The notes under the pieces were generated by a model that saw nothing but the letters and a program-made list of their open reading frames with translations, did not search any database and was not told where the DNA came from. From the NCBI GenBank assembly GCA_934456435.1, contig CAKSHH010000005.1:62756-126755 (forward strand): a stretch of 64,000 nt of DNA, written 5' to 3'. The stretch comes from an uncultured Eubacteriales bacterium. Lineage in GTDB: Bacteria > Bacillota > Clostridia > Oscillospirales > Acutalibacteraceae. Below, in pieces: positions 7,949-16,339 of this stretch (positions are counted from its first letter, which is position 1; each line of letters starts with the position of its first letter). The position numbers and the translations under genes were made by a program.

Positions 7949-9145
7949 TTGGGAAAAATAATTTATTGGTTCAAGGACTTTATTAAAGGAACGGACAAGA
8001 TTCTTCTCGGTCTTTGTGTTTTGCTTTCCGCAATCGGTACGGTCATTGTTTACAGCGCAACGCGTGTCAACCTGACGGAGGGTCAGATAATTTCAAGAGA
8101 CGCAAGAACAATGTTTCTCGCTGTTGTTATGGGTATTTTCGCGGCGCTTGTGATTTCGTACTTTGATTACGAAGCGGTTGCTCGGCTGTGGCCGATTATT
8201 GCTATTGTCTGTTTGGGACTTATGCTTTCCCTTTTTGTGATAGGAAGCTCACCTGAGGGTCGTGACGACGCTATTTCCTGGATAAAGCTCGGCGGATTCT
8301 ATTTTCAGCCGTCGGAGCTGCTGAAAATCGGTTTTATAATTACATTCTCGGTTCATCTGGACAATGTAAAAAGCGAGATCAACAAGCTTAAAAATGTAAT
8401 TTTGCTCGGAATCCATGCGATGATTGCAATAGGACTGGTTGTTCTTACGGGTGATATGGGTTCGGCTCTTGTCTTTATGTTTATCACAATCGGAATGTTG
8501 TTTATCGCAGGACTTCAATTGAGATATTTCCTGTTCGGTATCGGTGCTGTTGCGCTTTTGGCTCCGATCGCTTGGTTTGAGGTTCTTTCGGACTTCCAGA
8601 AGCAGCGTTTTATGGCGATATATTCACCTAATTCGTTGACCGAGGCAACGTACAACGAGGTTATTTTCCAGCAGGAGCGCGGTATGAATGCAATAAGCTC
8701 CGGCGGAGTATTCGGAACAGGCCTTTTTAACGGAACATATACTCAGAACGGACTTGTCCCCGAAAGTGAAAACGATATGATTTTTTCCGTTGTCGGCGAA
8801 GAGCTCGGTTTTATCGGCTGTATAATTGTTCTCGGACTTCTTCTTGCGATTGCAATTAAGATTCTGACCGTCGGACAGAGGGCTGTTTCAACGACAGGTA
8901 AGCTTATTTGCAGTGCTGTCGCCGTCATGGTAATTACACAGGTTGTGGTCAACGTCGGAATGTGCTTAAAGCTTCTCCCCGTTGTCGGAATCACTCTTCC
9001 GTTTATGAGCGCCGGAGGTTCATCAAATCTCTGTATTTACATTGCGATAGGTATGGTGCTCAGCGTCTATCGGTCGTCGCAGTTTAGAGAACCGGTTGAA
9101 TTTAAATACGGCAAGCTGTTTACACCTTTTACGGACACATATTGA
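7949..9145 (+). CDS. FtsW/RodA/SpoVE family (SEDS) peptidoglycan polymerase
   Basis: About 10 TM helices and the family block PESENDMIFSVVGEELGFIGC ... LPFMSAGGSS. The track ATG 7925 sits at or upstream of the predicted TSS. GGGAGGTG (7936-7943) plus 5 nt plus TTG 7949 is the likelier start. Confidence 0.85.
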   Translation: MGKIIYWFKDFIKGTDKILLGLCVLLSAIGTVIVYSATRVNLTEGQIISRDARTMFLAVVMGIFAALVISYFDYEAVARLWPIIAIVCLGLMLSLFVIGSSPEGRDDAISWIKLGGFYFQPSELLKIGFIITFSVHLDNVKSEINKLKNVILLGIHAMIAIGLVVLTGDMGSALVFMFITIGMLFIAGLQLRYFLFGIGAVALLAPIAWFEVLSDFQKQRFMAIYSPNSLTEATYNEVIFQQERGMNAISSGGVFGTGLFNGTYTQNGLVPESENDMIFSVVGEELGFIGCIIVLGLLLAIAIKILTVGQRAVSTTGKLICSAVAVMVITQVVVNVGMCLKLLPVVGITLPFMSAGGSSNLCIYIAIGMVLSVYRSSQFREPVEFKYGKLFTPFTDTY

Positions 9146-9146
9146 T

Positions 9147-9193
9147 ATAAAAATGCTGTATCGCTCTTAATTAAGCGATACAGCTTTATTTTA
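9147..9193. terminator. Bidirectional intrinsic terminator (SEDS gene / DUF2804 gene)
   Basis: Perfect 11-bp arms GCTGTATCGCT (9155-9165) / AGCGATACAGC (9174-9184). Flanked by ATAAAAAT on the left and TTTATTTTA on the right. Confidence 0.8.
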
Positions 9194-10243
9194 CCATTTG
9201 TTATGTACTCTTTCGGCGAAAACGACTTTATCCTTTACCTCAATAACCGTTCCGTCATCAAGGATCGCTTTGCCCGACAGTTTGCCGAAAACCTGATGAG
9301 GAAGCATACATATAAGCTTCACGTCAAGCGGAGCAACACGGTCAATGATAGGCTCAAAATTCATTTCAAACCTGCCGTCGTTGCTTGTGAACGTCCACGG
9401 CTCGGTATAATAATATTCGCCGTTTCTGTACGGAATATGGAACTCAACCTGGTCAAGCTTATGCGATTTGCCGTTGTAGAAGAGCATATTTTCGCTTGCC
9501 GCCGAGGTGTCGCCGAATCCGTAACCGATGTTGAATCCGAATCTGCTGCCGTCGTCAAGGATCATCTGACCGCTTCCCCAGTACCAGGTGTTGTCATAAG
9601 TCCAAACTCCCCTGCCCCAGTCAAGCGTTGCAAGCGATTGGTTTTCCTCGTTGAAAGTCCAATGAAGATCGCCGAAGTTCATTTTGCCCGTTGCTCTCAT
9701 GCAGTTGATTTTCTGATTGTAATAGAAGTGCTTATCCTTGTCAAAAGGTGTTGCAATTACCATGCTTTCTTCGGGTATATCAGTCAAAGTGACGTCAAAT
9801 GTCAATAGCTTACCGGAATTGCAGTAATTGCCGTAGGTTCCGTAAAGCCGGCGTATTTTGCCGTCATTTTTGAAGGTCATATCACAGGTTCCGACCTTGG
9901 CGTGAATATCACCCTTTTCGCTTGTTGAGGGCAGGTTCATCTTGCCCATCGGGAAAGCTCCGATTTCGCTGTCGTTCATCTGGAACGGCTTGTCGCCGAA
10001 GCCCATGAGTGAAATGCTCAGACAGCTTACATATCCGCTGTCTGAAATTGTCAGGCAAAGTCCGCAGTCCTGATTTCCGATGTAGTAATAATCCCATTCT
10101 TTTATTCTGAACTTCGGAGCTTTGATATCATTCCTGCTGTACTCCCAGTAGAGCTTCTTTGCAAATCCCGGCTCCGTGATATTGCCGTTTGCGTTGAGAA
10201 GCTTTTGCTTTGAAGTGATTTCGTGCTGTGTAAACTCTGACAT
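9191..10243 (-). CDS. DUF2804-family protein (function unknown)
   Basis: 350 aa, beta-rich, no signal peptide. The RIKEWDYYYIG block and overall length resemble DUF2804 as I remember the family. Last gene of a 3-gene operon. Confidence 0.55.
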   Translation of the reverse strand: MSEFTQHEITSKQKLLNANGNITEPGFAKKLYWEYSRNDIKAPKFRIKEWDYYYIGNQDCGLCLTISDSGYVSCLSISLMGFGDKPFQMNDSEIGAFPMGKMNLPSTSEKGDIHAKVGTCDMTFKNDGKIRRLYGTYGNYCNSGKLLTFDVTLTDIPEESMVIATPFDKDKHFYYNQKINCMRATGKMNFGDLHWTFNEENQSLATLDWGRGVWTYDNTWYWGSGQMILDDGSRFGFNIGYGFGDTSAASENMLFYNGKSHKLDQVEFHIPYRNGEYYYTEPWTFTSNDGRFEMNFEPIIDRVAPLDVKLICMLPHQVFGKLSGKAILDDGTVIEVKDKVVFAERVHNKW

Positions 10244-10256
10244 AGTTATCCCCTCT

Positions 10257-11156
10257 TTACTTTTTCATTTCTGCAAGATCTCTGTAATTTATAAGCTTGA
10301 ATCCGAGTGATTCAATATGCTGTTTTGTTTGCGGATCCTTAAGAAGATTGTACTCCCATTCGCGTCTGAACCAAACTCCTGAAGCACCCTTGAGATCCTC
10401 TGTCGGGAGAGACGGATGCATATATGTTTCCGTTACAGCACCGTCCGGGAATGTCTTATAAAGCTCATAGATATATTCCTTGAAGTTTTCGTAGCTTTCG
10501 CTCTGCGGACCGCTCCACTCGTTCGGAATGAGGTAGTCGGGAATTGCAACGTGAAGAGCCTTTGCCTGTTCTACAACGTTGCTCAAAAGTCCGAGAACGA
10601 TATTTTTGTCAACCTGAATATCAAGCATTGAGTTTGAGAACTGCTCATCTGCCAAATTTGCAGGGAAACGGAAAGGAAGACCGTATTCTGCGGCAACTCT
10701 GAATGCGACATTTAAAAGCTCAAAGCGACCCGTTGCAACGCCGTAAATGGAACCCATGTGGTTGTCAATGTGCGACGGATTGAGTCCGAGCTTTTTGAGA
10801 AGCTCTATCTGTGCAACCGCTTCGTTATAGACTTCGTCAAGGTCGGCGTGCTTTTCAAAATCGTCGCTCTCGTGATGCATATAGCCGTATTCGTCGCGGA
10901 GACTTTCCGTATTGCTGTGAGCTACGGGACCCCAACGGTAGCTGTTCCATTCATTTGTAAATGTCCAATGCACGCCTATGCAGAGTTCCGGATTCTTCTT
11001 TGCAAAGTTTACAGCATCGGGAGCCCACGGACAGGGAGCCATAATTGTAGACGAAGTCAACGCGCTGTCCGGATCCTTGAGCAAATCAAATATAGCAAGG
11101 TTCGCACCCCTGAATGAACCAAAATCATCTGCATTTATAATCAAATACTTTGACAT
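10257..11156 (-). CDS. YdjC/ChbG-family carbohydrate deacetylase
   Basis: N-terminal YLIINADDFG metal-binding motif and HIDNHMGS block. Refined start is ATG 11156 (AAGGTG SD); the track start 11165 is GTG. Confidence 0.8.
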   Translation of the reverse strand: MSKYLIINADDFGSFRGANLAIFDLLKDPDSALTSSTIMAPCPWAPDAVNFAKKNPELCIGVHWTFTNEWNSYRWGPVAHSNTESLRDEYGYMHHESDDFEKHADLDEVYNEAVAQIELLKKLGLNPSHIDNHMGSIYGVATGRFELLNVAFRVAAEYGLPFRFPANLADEQFSNSMLDIQVDKNIVLGLLSNVVEQAKALHVAIPDYLIPNEWSGPQSESYENFKEYIYELYKTFPDGAVTETYMHPSLPTEDLKGASGVWFRREWEYNLLKDPQTKQHIESLGFKLINYRDLAEMKK

Positions 11157-11170
11157 ACTGTTCACACCTT

Positions 11171-12676
11171 TTACTCTGTGGTTACTTTTGATTTATTTCT
11201 TTCGGCAATTTCCGCAACCATTTCCTGCTGTTTCTTCTCGGTAATCTTGTAGAAGAGCATCGGAATAATCGTTGCCGCCATGCTGATTGCACCTGTGAGG
11301 ATGAGAACATTCCAAAGAAGCTGTTTGCCCTCCGGAGTGATTGCCGGGGTAGCTTCGGGGTTTATTCCTGCCCAGCTGTAAGAGAACACTCCGACGAAAG
11401 CGCCGACAGCCATACCGATCTTGTTGATAAGAGTCTGCATTGCAAAGCATATACCCTCTGCTCGCTCTCCTGTTTTCCATTCGAGATAGTCAACGGTGTC
11501 GCCGATCATAGCGTAGGTAATGATGTTGTTTACGCCCTGCGGTATTCCGAGAAGAACAAGGCCGATTGCGTTGACAACGAGCTTCCACGGTGCGTCATAG
11601 CCGATAAAGTACATCGCAAACATAACGACTGCGCCGAGAATATGAACGTAGATATATGCCCATTTCTTGGTGAATTTCTTTGTCATCCACGGAACAAGAA
11701 TTGATGCTACAAGTCCGCCGGGAACGATGAGCATTGTTATAAGGCTGAAAAGGCCCTCGTTGTTGAGAACGTATTTTGCAAAATAAAGTCCGCCGGTGTA
11801 TGTATAAACCGTTCGTGCGCCGCCGAGAACACCCGAAATAACAACGAGAAGAAGCTGCTTATTCTTAAACAGAAGCTTGAGATTATGTCCGAGTGACGGA
11901 GGAGCGTCCTTGGAAGTAAATCTCTCCGTTGTGTTTTTGAAGCCGTAGTAGAACATCGGAACCGAGACAACAACGAGCACAAGAGCGCATATAAAATATG
12001 TCCATTTTAGTGTTTCGGCATTCTGCGAAATATACTGCGGAAGGACGTTGCCGTCTGCATCCTTGAATTTGGCTGTAACAGCGTTCGTTATAAGAGGAAC
12101 ACCGACTGTTACAAGACCTGCGCCGAGTGTGCATACCAGACGTGCAAAGGTAAGCACCTTGCCTCTGACAACCGTATCGTTTGTCATGCAGGTCGAAAGA
12201 CCCCAATAAGGAACATCCGCAACGGTATATACCATTGACCAAATAACATAAAGCACGGAAATTACAACAAAGGTTGATTTCGCTTTCGGCGCAAGAAACG
12301 GACAGAAGCAAAGAACAGTTGTTATTGCAATCGGAATAGCCATCCATTTAAGGTACGGACGGCATTTTCCCCATTTAGTTCTTGTTTTGTCAACAATAGA
12401 ACCCATGATCGGATCGTTGAGAGCGTCGTAAATTCTCGTAAAGAGCATAAGGAACGCAACCGCCATTGCACCTGACATACTCTTGAATACAGTACCCTTT
12501 TCAACCGCTCCGAAGAGGAGTGCGTCGGTCATAAAAACGGTAAGGAACGAACCGATTATGGTGCAGATAAAATTTTGACCGAAGCCCGTTACGCTGTAGG
12601 CAATAACTTCTTTCGGCTGAATACCCTCACCTGGAGTTGTGCCGAACATATTATGCCAAAAGTTCTTTTTAGCCAT
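11171..12676 (-). CDS. Glycoside-pentoside-hexuronide (GPH):cation symporter family MFS transporter
   Basis: 501 aa, about 12 TM helices. MelB/GPH-like N-terminus YSVTGFGQNFICTIIGSFLTVFMTD ... RIYDALNDPIMGSIVDKTRTKWGKCRPY. Confidence 0.8.
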   Translation of the reverse strand: MAKKNFWHNMFGTTPGEGIQPKEVIAYSVTGFGQNFICTIIGSFLTVFMTDALLFGAVEKGTVFKSMSGAMAVAFLMLFTRIYDALNDPIMGSIVDKTRTKWGKCRPYLKWMAIPIAITTVLCFCPFLAPKAKSTFVVISVLYVIWSMVYTVADVPYWGLSTCMTNDTVVRGKVLTFARLVCTLGAGLVTVGVPLITNAVTAKFKDADGNVLPQYISQNAETLKWTYFICALVLVVVSVPMFYYGFKNTTERFTSKDAPPSLGHNLKLLFKNKQLLLVVISGVLGGARTVYTYTGGLYFAKYVLNNEGLFSLITMLIVPGGLVASILVPWMTKKFTKKWAYIYVHILGAVVMFAMYFIGYDAPWKLVVNAIGLVLLGIPQGVNNIITYAMIGDTVDYLEWKTGERAEGICFAMQTLINKIGMAVGAFVGVFSYSWAGINPEATPAITPEGKQLLWNVLILTGAISMAATIIPMLFYKITEKKQQEMVAEIAERNKSKVTTE

Positions 12677-12727
12677 AAGAAAACCTCTCTTTGCTTTGTG
12701 AGACTATCCCACATTTAATCTTAAATA

Positions 12728-12757
12728 ATTTTATCACATTTTATGTCGGGTTGTAAA
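12728..12757 (-). promoter_or_regulatory. Putative promoter of the GPH-YdjC-DUF2804 operon
   Basis: Minus strand reads TTTACA (12757->12752), 18 nt including TGa, TAAAAT (12733->12728). About 45-nt leader to the ATG at 12676. Confidence 0.45.
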
Positions 12758-12759
12758 TT

Positions 12760-12808
12760 AAAAAAAGAAAAACCTACTTTTCATACAAATTTAAAGTAGG
12801 TTTTTTAT
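12760..12808. terminator. Intrinsic terminator downstream of spoIIR (T-runs on both strands)
   Basis: Arms AACCTACTTT (12771-12780) / AAAGTAGGTT (12793-12802), 12-nt loop. A-run on the left and TTTTTT on the right. Confidence 0.7.
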
Positions 12809-12889
12809 TATATTTTACCATAAGAAAAAGCGCGTTGACTCAGTAAAAACTGTATAATATAAACAATTATTTAATCTTGTCAATATTTA

Positions 12890-13504
12890 TCAGTCGTTTT
12901 CCGAAAGCTTTTCACGGACCGATTCGTAAATTTCGATGATTTTGAATCTCGGTTCATATTTCGGTCTGCTTTGTACCAGCCGAATTTCGTCGTCGGAAAA
13001 CACCTTGTCGATTTCGTCGTTCTTGTTTGCGGCAGGAACACACATCGGCGGAAACATAACGCACCACCAGTTATGGCCCTCACCAGAACCGATAACGACT
13101 CTCAGGGCAAGATATTTTCCTGCCGGCAGGGTGACGTTTTCGTATGTTCTTGTCGTGAAGTATTCCTTTGACAATGTTACTTTTACTTTATAGTTAAAAC
13201 CTGCCTGTCTGACAAACTCATTTGCTGATTTCTCAAGTTCGCTTAACTGCGGCTCGATTTTTTCAACGGCATTTCCGACGGTAACGCTGCCGTCAAATAT
13301 GCTCTTGCCCTCCTGCAGAATAAAGTCCCTGACCCTGAGCTTTAGGTTTTGATCAACGGACGAATCCGAGTTTGCTATAACGTGCAGGCGCAGAACGTCG
13401 GAACGAATTTCTCCCGAAGTTTTCGCAAATGAACAAATTGAAAAAAAGATTGCGGCAGCCAAGCCCACAGCCAATGAAATTCTGATTTTCTTTGAAAAAG
13501 ACAT
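12890..13504 (-). CDS. spoIIR: Stage II sporulation protein R
   Basis: Signal/anchor segment plus the family block LRLHVIANSDSSVDQNLKLRVRDFIL ... GEGHNWWCVMFPPMC. Confidence 0.85.
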   Translation of the reverse strand: MSFSKKIRISLAVGLAAAIFFSICSFAKTSGEIRSDVLRLHVIANSDSSVDQNLKLRVRDFILQEGKSIFDGSVTVGNAVEKIEPQLSELEKSANEFVRQAGFNYKVKVTLSKEYFTTRTYENVTLPAGKYLALRVVIGSGEGHNWWCVMFPPMCVPAANKNDEIDKVFSDDEIRLVQSRPKYEPRFKIIEIYESVREKLSEND

Positions 13505-13559
13505 ACAGTCAACTCCTTACCTTTGTTTGCAGATAAAGTGTTGACTGTAAAATTTTGGT

Positions 13560-14558
13560 TTATTCATACATTGCGGTAATTTCCGCAGCTTTTTCCTTGA
13601 CCGCCTTTATAAGTGATTTCGGCTGCACAACACGGATATCGGAGCCGTACTGAAGAATCCAGCTCACAAGACCCTCGCTCATTTCAACGCTTGCCTTGAT
13701 AAGGAAACGTCCCTCTTCGCCATGCTTCATCGGTGTGTTGTCGCCGAACTTTTCAAGAATCTCATCGAGAATCGTGTCGGAGCAGGAAAGCGTTATTTTC
13801 GCTTCCTCACCGGAGAACATATTGAAAAGCTTGTTGGAATAGTCCGCAACGTCAAACTTGTCTGTGTAAGGCGAAACCTTCGAAAACGGCTTTGCAAAGC
13901 TGTCCTGTAAAAGCTGAGCGTCAACAATTCTGTCAAGACGAAGATGCATCAGATTCGCATACTTATTGTTGTTGCAAATCAGATAATAGTGGTCGTTTGA
14001 CCACAGCATCGCATAAGGGTTGACAAGAAATGTTTTGCCCTCGCTTTTGACAAGGTACTTGTTTTCAATGGTCCTCTTGGCGTAGTGAATCATAACCTGC
14101 TTCTTGTTCTTGATTGCCTTGTCAAGCAGATGTATTGTTTCGTACAGATCCTCCTTGTCGGTCTTTGTGGAGCCGTCAATGTAAATCTGCTCGCGGAGCT
14201 CCTCCTCCTGATACTCGCTGACAAGTCCGCCGATTTTATAAATCAGACTTTTGGTGTTCTTCTCTGAGATGAATTTTGCCGCCTGTACAGCATCAATAAG
14301 CAGTCTTACCTCAGGCACGCTGAACTTCCTGTTCCTGAGATAATAGCCGCGGTAGGGTGTGCGAACATTGACGATATCCATACCGTATTCACGCAGAACA
14401 TCTATGTATCTGTAAATCGACTTGCGCTCGCAGTTTATTCCGTAGTTTTCGAGCATTGAAATTAGCTCAACTGCGGAAAAAACGTGTTCTTCGTCGGTCT
14501 GTCGGTTAAAAATATCGGCAAGAAAGAGCAGCTTTAAGCTATGATCGCCCGTGTTCAA
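13560..14558 (-). CDS. wHTH + WYL domain transcriptional regulator
   Basis: 332 aa. N-terminal wHTH LKLLFLADIFNRQTDEEHVFSAVELISMLENYGINCERKSIYRYIDVL. Central WYL-type block VNPYAMLWSNDHYYLICNN. C-terminal WCX-like region. Confidence 0.75.
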   Translation of the reverse strand: MNTGDHSLKLLFLADIFNRQTDEEHVFSAVELISMLENYGINCERKSIYRYIDVLREYGMDIVNVRTPYRGYYLRNRKFSVPEVRLLIDAVQAAKFISEKNTKSLIYKIGGLVSEYQEEELREQIYIDGSTKTDKEDLYETIHLLDKAIKNKKQVMIHYAKRTIENKYLVKSEGKTFLVNPYAMLWSNDHYYLICNNNKYANLMHLRLDRIVDAQLLQDSFAKPFSKVSPYTDKFDVADYSNKLFNMFSGEEAKITLSCSDTILDEILEKFGDNTPMKHGEEGRFLIKASVEMSEGLVSWILQYGSDIRVVQPKSLIKAVKEKAAEITAMYE

Positions 14559-14569
14559 TTCTTTTCACC

Positions 14570-16327
14570 TCAGTATGTAAGTTTTGAGTTTATCTCTCTT
14601 ATTGTATCGCCGTCGATTTTGAGAAGCTCTCGGTCATAAGTGAAGATTCCGTTGACTTCGAACTCAACGTCGCTGACCTGCGTATATACGGTTGCGCTGA
14701 GTCCCTTGGCAATGCTTGGGATAATCTGCTTTTCAAACAGCTTTTTGTATGCGGAGGTGAGCGTTTCTTTTGTCTTGTACATAACATATCCGAAGCTCTT
14801 TTGTCTGTTCCAGACATGGTTTTCGATTATTCTGCTGTAACCGCCGAACTCGCTGAGAACAAGCGGTCTGCCGTCCCCTTTCGGTGCGATAAACGGAAGA
14901 ATGTACTGGTGTACGCTTTTGAGCTCAGGACCTTTCTGGTCGTGCCAGCCGCTTGCATGGTCAACAACTCGTGTTGGGTCATACTTTTTAACAGTTTCGC
15001 CGATTCTCTTTGCATCAAACTGTCCCCACGCCTCGTTAAACGGAACCCAGCAGCTGATTGAGGTGAAGTTATAGAGCAAGTCAATCGTCTCGAAAACAGC
15101 TTTCTCGTGCTCTTCACGGCACTCGGTGCTGTCAACACCAAACCATTTGTATTTGTCGTCTTTAATGTTTCTGATAAATATATTCGGAAGCACTCCGACA
15201 AGAAGCATATCAATTTTCTTTGCGCCGCAAACCATATCCTGCCAAACGATCATTCCGAGCTTGTCACAATGGTAATACCATCTTCTCGGCTCAATTTTAA
15301 TATGCTTTCTGAGCATATTGAAGCCGAGTTCTCGCATTGCCTTGATATCGAAAATCATAGCTTCGTCGCACGGAGGGGTCATACCGCCGTCCGGCCAGTA
15401 GCCCTGATCAAGCAATCCTGTCTGGAAATACGGTCTGTTGTTGAGGAAAAGTCTCGGAACCGCTTTGTCATCATAACCGATGCTGAATTTTCTCATGCCG
15501 AAGTAGCTTGAAACAGCGTCAATTATATTCTCTTCGCTGTCGCAGAGTGCAATGACAATATCATAAAGGAACGGTGATTCGGGACTCCAAAGCTCAACAT
15601 CGCGAAGCTTGATTTCCTCGTCACGTTCGATTTTTCCTGCGAAAACAATTTCATCGTCCTTTTTAATGATGGCTCTGATTTGAGCGTCGGATTCGGAATC
15701 AAAATCTGTTTGAACACGGACGGAAGACGAATCAATATTCGGAGTGATCTTCACATTCTTTACATACACTTCGCTGACAGGTTCAAGCCACACCGTCTGC
15801 CAAATTCCGCTTGTAGCCGTGTACCAGAAGCCTGTACTTTTTCTGACCTGCTTTCCCCTGTCCTGCCAACCCGTTTCAGTCGGGTCAAATGCACAGACAA
15901 TCAGCTCGTTTTCTCCATCAATAAGATGCTCGGTAATGTCAAAGCTGAACGGAATGTAACCGCCCTGATGTCCTCCGACGGCTTTTCCGTTGATGAAGAC
16001 CGTACAGCGCCAGTCGACAGCCTCAAAATGGAGAATGGTTCTTTTTCCGCTGAAACACTCGCCGAGAGTAAACTTTTTTCTGTACCAAATGTAATTATCC
16101 GGTTCAATCGTTTTTTCTACTCCCGAAAGCAAGGTTTCCGGTGCGAACGGAACGATTATTTCGCTGTCAAAATTTTCCGGGATATCGTCCGTTTTTCCCG
16201 TAATCGTAAAGTCAAACTTTCCGTTGAGACATTGCCAGTCGTTTCTGACAAGCTGAGGTCTCGGATATTCGGAAAGCGGGCAATCAAAATCAACCGAATC
16301 TGTCCATCTTGTTTTAAGCGTACTCAT
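14570..16327 (-). CDS. Glycoside hydrolase family 2 enzyme (beta-galactosidase/beta-glucuronidase-type; specificity unknown)
   Basis: 585 aa. Sugar-binding domain TILHFEAVDWRCTVFINGKAVGGHQGGYIPFSFDIT. Acid/base WVPFNEAWGQ and nucleophile VLSEFGGY. No signal peptide. Confidence 0.85.
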   Translation of the reverse strand: MSTLKTRWTDSVDFDCPLSEYPRPQLVRNDWQCLNGKFDFTITGKTDDIPENFDSEIIVPFAPETLLSGVEKTIEPDNYIWYRKKFTLGECFSGKRTILHFEAVDWRCTVFINGKAVGGHQGGYIPFSFDITEHLIDGENELIVCAFDPTETGWQDRGKQVRKSTGFWYTATSGIWQTVWLEPVSEVYVKNVKITPNIDSSSVRVQTDFDSESDAQIRAIIKKDDEIVFAGKIERDEEIKLRDVELWSPESPFLYDIVIALCDSEENIIDAVSSYFGMRKFSIGYDDKAVPRLFLNNRPYFQTGLLDQGYWPDGGMTPPCDEAMIFDIKAMRELGFNMLRKHIKIEPRRWYYHCDKLGMIVWQDMVCGAKKIDMLLVGVLPNIFIRNIKDDKYKWFGVDSTECREEHEKAVFETIDLLYNFTSISCWVPFNEAWGQFDAKRIGETVKKYDPTRVVDHASGWHDQKGPELKSVHQYILPFIAPKGDGRPLVLSEFGGYSRIIENHVWNRQKSFGYVMYKTKETLTSAYKKLFEKQIIPSIAKGLSATVYTQVSDVEFEVNGIFTYDRELLKIDGDTIREINSKLTY

Positions 16328-16339
16328 TAAACCATCTCC

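Noticed and set aside
12835-12863. Plus-strand TTGACT...TATAAA/TATAAT promoter-like sequence pointing into the 3' end of spoIIR (a possible antisense RNA).
   Set aside because: Spacing to the good TATAAT is only 12 nt; the 17-nt alternative uses a weaker TATAAA. There is no + strand ORF or terminator downstream, and an AT-rich spacer easily produces such matches.
15680-16330. 216-aa + strand ORF antisense to GH2. Similar cases occur at 22366-22995, 24770-25429, 42705-43361 and 35191-35706.
   Set aside because: Same reasoning. Each is nested in a well-supported minus-strand gene or spans several of them (22366-22995 runs across the spoVM terminator and two promoters), which is incompatible with a real gene.
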